Assembly (NCBI GenBank): GCA_963716175.1
Contig: OY970296.1
Span: 992,001 to 1,056,000 of the forward strand
DNA length: 64,000 bases
DNA from: an uncultured Armatimonadetes bacterium
GTDB lineage: Bacteria; Armatimonadota; Hebobacteria; Hebobacterales; Hebobacteraceae
Reading direction: 5' to 3'
Shown one piece after another: positions 58,827-64,000 of this stretch; within the stretch, counting starts at the first letter, position 1; every line of letters starts with the position of its first letter. The notes beneath the pieces were generated by a model. It ran no database searches. It was not told the DNA's origin and worked only from the letters and a program-made list of their open reading frames with translations. The position numbers and the translations under genes were made by a program.

Positions 58827-60266
58827 TTATCCTGCCTTTGCCGGAGCTGCTGGCTTGCGGAACTCGAGCCAGCTTCCACCTTCAGTGATGTGCCGGTAGT
58901 CGGAGATGCCGGCGCGGGCCATGAGCGCGGGCACGTTGTCCAGGGGGAAGGGGAAGTTGAAGTCCCTAGGAGTGGGCTGGCGCGTCTTCTCCGCGTCTTC
59001 TTTGGGGAGGAAGCGACCGGAGCCGCCGCCGAGGAAGGCCCAGCCGCCGGGCTTGAGCACGCGCATGATCTCGCGCAGCGCCATCGCCTGATCGCGCCAG
59101 AAGAAGATGGAGCCGCGACTCATGACCACGTCGAAGCTGTTATCAGGGAAGGGCAGCGCATGAACATCCGCCGCCACCCAGTGCATGCGTGAATCAAGTC
59201 CGCACTCCTTGCCGTACTGAACAGCGAAGTCAATCGCCTCCGGCTCTATGTCGAGGCCCGTCACCTCCAGCCCGGAGGCCTTTGCCACCTCGACCGTCAG
59301 CTGACCGGGCCCGCAGCCCAGATCGAGGCAGTTGGCCGCTCCTGCAGCGTAGTCCGCCGCGACCGTCTTGGCCACCGAAATATAGGAGGGCATCATCCTC
59401 TTTCCCGCGCCCTCCTTGTAGTCGGCTACCCTTCCGCCGTCGCTATCGAGGATGGCGCGAGACAACGTCAGGCCCCTAGCCTCGCGCGACTTGACGCAGA
59501 ACTGGAGGAGCGCCTGAGCATCAGCAAGACGTTTGGTTCCTCGCACCGCGTAGCCATGTCCGGCCTGCGCTGCATCATCGCCAGCGACCGAGCGGGGCAG
59601 ACGGATTGTGACCAGCTCCGGTCGCAGGTGACCGGCGAGATCCATCCCGACTACGACGTCCAGCTCGCCGTGCTGTAGGCGGTCGAGAAGCGCGTCCATC
59701 GAGTCGCCGACCACCGCTCCCTTGGCCTTGAGCTTCTCCCCCAGCGGACCGGAGACGTGATCGGTGCAGAGCCCTACGCGCAGCCCAGGCCGGTCCAGAT
59801 CCTGCGCCGACATGATCTGGAGGGGATCGGCCGGAGCCAGGAACATCGCCAAGCGGCCGTAGTACAGGATGGTGTCCGATTCGGGGATGACCAGGCCCGC
59901 GTCCGTAGCCTTCTTGGTCGAACCGGGACACGCTCCCAGCACGACGTCGACGCGCCCGGCCTTCATCGCCTCCTCCAGCGGAGGGTATCCCTCAAAGAGG
60001 GTGACGCTGGCGGCTACGCCGGAGCTGGCGATCCATGCCCCCACCAGCTCCTCCCCCAGGTGACGCGGTGAAAAGGGTATCACCGCGACCCTGAGGGGCT
60101 CGACGCTCCGCCCGTGCTCGTCGCTCTGGGCTGCCGGTGCCGCTGGCGCGCCGGCCCGGCCGCCCGCACCGCCGGGCGGTCCTCCGGGGCCGCCACCAAA
60201 CGCGGCGCCTGCCACCACGCCAATCAGGGCGAGACAGATGACCAACCGCCAGGAGTGCGTCCTCAT
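58827..60266 (-). CDS. Signal peptide + ModA-like substrate-binding domain + class I SAM methyltransferase fusion (copy 1)
   Basis: Sec-type signal; DPLQIMSAQDLDRPGLRVGLC; CLDLGCGPG…ADVHALPFPDNSFDVVMSRGSIFFW. Confidence 0.85.
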   Translation of the reverse strand: MRTHSWRLVICLALIGVVAGAAFGGGPGGPPGGAGGRAGAPAAPAAQSDEHGRSVEPLRVAVIPFSPRHLGEELVGAWIASSGVAASVTLFEGYPPLEEAMKAGRVDVVLGACPGSTKKATDAGLVIPESDTILYYGRLAMFLAPADPLQIMSAQDLDRPGLRVGLCTDHVSGPLGEKLKAKGAVVGDSMDALLDRLQHGELDVVVGMDLAGHLRPELVTIRLPRSVAGDDAAQAGHGYAVRGTKRLADAQALLQFCVKSREARGLTLSRAILDSDGGRVADYKEGAGKRMMPSYISVAKTVAADYAAGAANCLDLGCGPGQLTVEVAKASGLEVTGLDIEPEAIDFAVQYGKECGLDSRMHWVAADVHALPFPDNSFDVVMSRGSIFFWRDQAMALREIMRVLKPGGWAFLGGGSGRFLPKEDAEKTRQPTPRDFNFPFPLDNVPALMARAGISDYRHITEGGSWLEFRKPAAPAKAG

Positions 60267-60303
60267 GCGATTCGCTCCTTTCACCTAAGTCGTCTACCCA
60301 GGC

Positions 60304-62370
60304 TCATTTCATACTGGCCGTGCGGCTGAAACCCACAGTGTAGTTGCGGCCTGGTCGCGGGAAGCCAGGTTGGCTCTCGTAAGCGGCATCGAACATGTTG
60401 TTCAGCGCCGCGTTCAGGCTCCACCCTACGCCCAGCTCCCGAGAGGCGGTCAGGTTGGCGTAGCTGTAACCGTCGAGCGGATAGGCCAGGGCGTAGTAGC
60501 CGGAACGCGCAATCCGGTCGCCCACATTGGTGTAGCTCAGCGCTAGGCGGGTGCGCCTATCTGGCGCCCACCGAAGGCCGAGGCTGGACTGCCCTTTGGG
60601 CGGGACCGCCAACTGGAGAGGCTGACCCTCGGCCATGGGAATGCGCGCGACCTTCTGATGCATGTAGGTGTAGTTGGCGAAGTAGGTCAGGGAGCGCACC
60701 GAGGAGATCGCGCCCTTGAGCTCCGCTTCGAGCCCCGACTGCGTGAAGTCAGCCTGCACCTGGACATAGTCACTTGACTTGCTGGGATCGCCGCCGGTCT
60801 TCAGGTAGCTGACGAAGTAGTTGCTGATCGCAGACTGGAACCAGCCCATGCGCCCCATCAGGTTAGGGCTGAAATGCTTCTCGATCCCCACGTCAACGTT
60901 GCCGCTGGTCTCGTCCTTCAGGTTGGGATTGCTCTGCAAGGCGCTCTGGGTGGGGTAGACGACGCCGGTGCCGTAATGGGCATAGAGGATCGCCTGCTGT
61001 GACAGGTAGTGCTCGAGCCCAAGAGCATAGGTGGAAGCGTGCTTGCGGCCCATTGGTACCTCGTAGCGACCCCCATAGAAGAACCGCGTGTGCGGGGAGA
61101 TGGACCATTCGTCCTGAGCGAAATAGCCGGTCAGCCGGTCGTCGGCGGACGAGGGCGCATACATGCGGAGAGCCCCACCGGCCAGCAAGTTGAGCTGCTG
61201 CGAGTAGCCATTCAGCCGGTAGGTTTCCATGCCCACCCGCAGGTAGTGGTCCTGCGCCGCCTGCAGCCGGAGCATCAGGTCCCCGCCAATCGTATCGTCA
61301 ACCTCGCTATAGAAGGGATTCTGGCCCACCTTGGGAGCTATGGGCCCGCCGAACGTGAAGTTGTGGTAGAAGCGGTTGCGGTACCAGAGCTCAAGGTCCA
61401 GCCCCGAATTGGCCTTCGCAAAGGGCCGAGTGTAGGCGAGGGTTGCCAGCCGCTCCCGGTAAGGCGCTATGCCCCAGTAGGCCGGCCCGGTCTTGGCGAA
61501 ATCCTGCCAGGCCTTGTCCCAGACATCGAAGTTGCGCCGGCCGTCAATGTTCAGCAGCGAGAACTTGACGGTGGCGCCACCCTTCAGGTCCTGGTCTGAC
61601 TTGAGGAACACCCGCTGCAGGCGGTGCCCTCCGAACTCCAGGTTGCTGTTCGAGGTGTCGTAGTCGGCGGCCAGGAACAGGCCCTTGTCGGCCGGCCCCT
61701 GCCCCACGGAGATCCCGCCTCGGATGTAGTCGAAGCTGCCGGCGCTAAGGGAGGAGGTGTACTCACCCGTTCCCTTACCTTTTCCGCTCTTGGTCACGAT
61801 GTTGATGACGCCCCCGCTGAGCGCCTGGGGGCCGTAGATCAGGCTCGACGAGCTCCTGATCACATCCACTCGCTCCACCGCCGACAGCGGCAGCGAGTAG
61901 AGGGTTCGCGCGGAGAACCCGCCGACACTGATCAGAGCGCCGTCCAAGAGGAAGGTGGCGGCGGAGGAGCCCCTGATGTTCACGAAGGTCTCGTATCTCC
62001 GCCCCTGGTGGGTAACCGTGACGCCGGGAAGGAACTCAAGCGCATCGGACAGGTTGGTCTCACCGGTAGCCTCCAGTTCCGCGCTGTTGATCGAGGTGAT
62101 CACCTCACCGGTGGTCGGCGCGAGCGATGGCACCGGCTGCTCCCCCACTTTCTTGCCAACGACCTCGACTTCGATCTCCGGCGTCTCCTCCGCTGTCTTG
62201 GCGGCTGCCGCTGACTCCGGCGGCGCGGGTGCCGCAGGGGCCTCTGCATCCACCTGCTTCTGCTCGGCTGCCACAGCCGAACCCGTGTCTTCAGCGCCAA
62301 GCAACGCTGTGCCACAGATCAGGACAAGCACCAAGGCCAGACAAGCCCCCCAACACAGCTGTCGTCGCAT
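60304..62370 (-). CDS. TonB-dependent outer membrane receptor
   Basis: Signal peptide; EVEVVG TonB-box-like; plug LPGV…IRG…VERVDVIR…GGVINIVTK; C-term NNMFD…PGRNY; GGAGG RBS. Confidence 0.92.
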   Translation of the reverse strand: MRRQLCWGACLALVLVLICGTALLGAEDTGSAVAAEQKQVDAEAPAAPAPPESAAAAKTAEETPEIEVEVVGKKVGEQPVPSLAPTTGEVITSINSAELEATGETNLSDALEFLPGVTVTHQGRRYETFVNIRGSSAATFLLDGALISVGGFSARTLYSLPLSAVERVDVIRSSSSLIYGPQALSGGVINIVTKSGKGKGTGEYTSSLSAGSFDYIRGGISVGQGPADKGLFLAADYDTSNSNLEFGGHRLQRVFLKSDQDLKGGATVKFSLLNIDGRRNFDVWDKAWQDFAKTGPAYWGIAPYRERLATLAYTRPFAKANSGLDLELWYRNRFYHNFTFGGPIAPKVGQNPFYSEVDDTIGGDLMLRLQAAQDHYLRVGMETYRLNGYSQQLNLLAGGALRMYAPSSADDRLTGYFAQDEWSISPHTRFFYGGRYEVPMGRKHASTYALGLEHYLSQQAILYAHYGTGVVYPTQSALQSNPNLKDETSGNVDVGIEKHFSPNLMGRMGWFQSAISNYFVSYLKTGGDPSKSSDYVQVQADFTQSGLEAELKGAISSVRSLTYFANYTYMHQKVARIPMAEGQPLQLAVPPKGQSSLGLRWAPDRRTRLALSYTNVGDRIARSGYYALAYPLDGYSYANLTASRELGVGWSLNAALNNMFDAAYESQPGFPRPGRNYTVGFSRTASMK

Positions 62371-62757
62371 AGAATCATCCTCCGTATGACGTTTCCGGTT
62401 GGGTCAACTGTAACTGCTGGCGATTTCGCTCGCGACAACACGCCGAGAAATAACTGTGAAATGCCTTGGACCCGACTGTCCCGGGTCCGATGAGGTCGGA
62501 CGGCTGCGAGGTCGCGTCAGTTCAGAACACGCGGCCACCCAGGCGAGAGGTACAGGGAAGCCTCTGATTGCGCCTTCCAGCGTCAGCGGAGGGGGGCGTG
62601 GCAGCGAACGGCAGCAGGCAGGAACGGCACCCGAGTCACACTGCGAACCGTGAACAAACGGTGTCAGTCGGGGTTGCGGTGCATGCATGCGCGACGATGC
62701 CGCGCGGCAAGAGGGGCTTCGTGGCGAATGCGCGTGACAGAAAGGTCCGTCAGGTGA

Positions 62758-64000
62758 TTACACGCCAGATGAGGTAATGACGGGTCTTGTAAAGCGCCGG
62801 CACGGTATGTGGGGAGAAGATGAGTGGCCGCCCGAAGCCACCATCCTCAGTGCCTGCAGCAGGTAGCGGATCTCATCCTCGGTGTTGAACCCCGACACGC
62901 CGAAGCGAACGGTCCCTTCAGGCCTGCTGCCGATCGCCTTGTGGATCAGTGGCGCGGCGTGCAGGCCCGCCGAGCAGCGGATGCCGAAACGGAGCTCGAG
63001 TTCGTCCTTGACCTCCTCGGCTCTGCGGCCTGTCATGCGGATTGACATGACGGGGACACGCTGTGCACGCTTGGCGTCCCCGACGATCCACATGCCGCGA
63101 GTCCGTCGTAGCCCGCGGCGCAGGAGCTGTGCCAGCCGCTGACCTTCTCGCCGGCAAGCTTCTCCTTCCCTCTCGTGCCACTGCAAGGCCGCGCACAGCC
63201 CGGCGAAGGCCATCGTGTCGGGCGGGCCGGTTTCGAGGCCTGCAGGCAGCTCTGGAGGCGTATGTGTGATGAATCTGGTCCTGCTGCGCGCAGTGCTCGT
63301 GAAGACCGGCGAGAGCACTAGCCGGGGATCGACGTAAAGGCCACCGGTGCCACTAGGTCCTCGGAGCCTCTTGTGGCCGGTGAGCGCAACCATGTCTGCG
63401 CCGAGCTCATCCGGGCGGACCGGGGCTTCGCCTACTGTTTGAGAAGCGTCGAGGAGCGTGTGCGCGCCTACGGACCTTGCCATCGCGAACAGCGAGGCGA
63501 CATCGAACACGCGGCCGGTGACGTTTGAGGCGTGGGTGACCGCCACCAGACTGGTTCCCCTCTGCAGAGCGGTGGCGAATGACTCGCGGTCCAGCTCTCC
63601 CGTGGCGTCCAGCCCGATGACGGTCAGGTGTATCCGCCTGCAATGCCGCAGGTGGAGTAGCGGCCTCAAGACCGATTCGTGCTCGGCGCAAGTGGTGATG
63701 ACGCGAGCGCCCCTGTACCGTGCGAGGCCGAACAAGGCGAGGTTCAAGGCGTGAGTCGCGCCCGCGGTCAGGAAGATCCGTTCGGGACACGGCACCCCCA
63801 GCAGACGGGCCAGCATCTCCCGGCACTCCCACATGGGGCCGGCGTAGGATGGTTCCTCATCGTCGCGCAGGATGGGTGGGGTCGTCAGTGCCGAAGCCAC
63901 TGCCTCCACAACTCCAGGGGCCTTCGGCCAGGAAGTCGCTGCCTCATCGAGGTAAATGAGGTCGGGCGATACTCGTTGCTTCCTTTGTGCATTCTCGAGC
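62758..64000 (-). CDS. Aminotransferase class V / cysteine desulfurase-like protein (5' end runs to the window edge)
   Basis: Frame open to window end: IYLDEAATSWPK, EHES, HASNVTG, DASQT, TGHK (PLP Lys); catalytic HCAP is replaced by HAAP. Confidence 0.85.
   Translation of the reverse strand, partial: LENAQRKQRVSPDLIYLDEAATSWPKAPGVVEAVASALTTPPILRDDEEPSYAGPMWECREMLARLLGVPCPERIFLTAGATHALNLALFGLARYRGARVITTCAEHESVLRPLLHLRHCRRIHLTVIGLDATGELDRESFATALQRGTSLVAVTHASNVTGRVFDVASLFAMARSVGAHTLLDASQTVGEAPVRPDELGADMVALTGHKRLRGPSGTGGLYVDPRLVLSPVFTSTARSRTRFITHTPPELPAGLETGPPDTMAFAGLCAALQWHEREGEACRREGQRLAQLLRRGLRRTRGMWIVGDAKRAQRVPVMSIRMTGRRAEEVKDELELRFGIRCSAGLHAAPLIHKAIGSRPEGTVRFGVSGFNTEDEIRYLLQALRMVASGGHSSSPHIPCRRFTRPVITSSGV

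Noticed and set aside
62371-62757. Cobalamin or Moco riboswitch upstream of the TonB-dependent receptor
   Set aside because: No B12-box (GCCACTG…GGGAAG…AGYCAGRA.ACCTGC) or Moco consensus recognisable; only a generic GGACCCG/CGGGTCC hairpin. An Rfam scan would settle it

Overview
GC-rich bacterial DNA, probably an Armatimonadota-like diderm anaerobe or facultative organism. This is inferred from two '[30 protein letters not shown]...H-X9-DG' (DUF1559-type) genes, two DUF6785/DUF6784-type membrane proteins and a TonB system. Main blocks: (1) 0.2-7.6 kb, an ArsR-headed minus-strand thiol/redox operon with a small thioredoxin, a stand-alone HdrA-N-like protein, a ferredoxin, a DGC-GcvH (lipoyl) fusion, two more DGC proteins, two exported thioredoxins, CcdA and an Fe-S protein, plus a second ArsR with a 44-aa Cys/His peptide. 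(2) 7.8-20.7 kb, catabolic/regulatory genes including an ANTAR two-component pair. (3) 21-33 kb, membrane proteases, a cytochrome c/cytochrome-bd-like module, TauE and a truncated S10 peptidase. (4) 35.8-49.8 kb, an accessory block of secreted proteins starting at a decayed tRNA-Phe-like 3' fragment and containing three families of non-coding repeats (132-bp and 104-bp double-hairpin MITE-like elements, plus a ~150-bp unknown repeat) and an IS481 remnant. (5) 49.9-64 kb, a TonB-dependent uptake locus encoding two tandem signal-peptide-bearing ModA-like binding protein/SAM-methyltransferase fusions, an APC permease, ExbBD-TonB and a FecBCDE-like ABC transporter, preceded by a cysteine-desulfurase homologue lacking its catalytic Cys. 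The best candidates for an undescribed system are the exported SBP-methyltransferase/TonB locus and the DGC-lipoyl-HdrA-like operon. Three single-base frameshifts may be assembly errors. All family calls come from motif recognition by eye; no database search was run.
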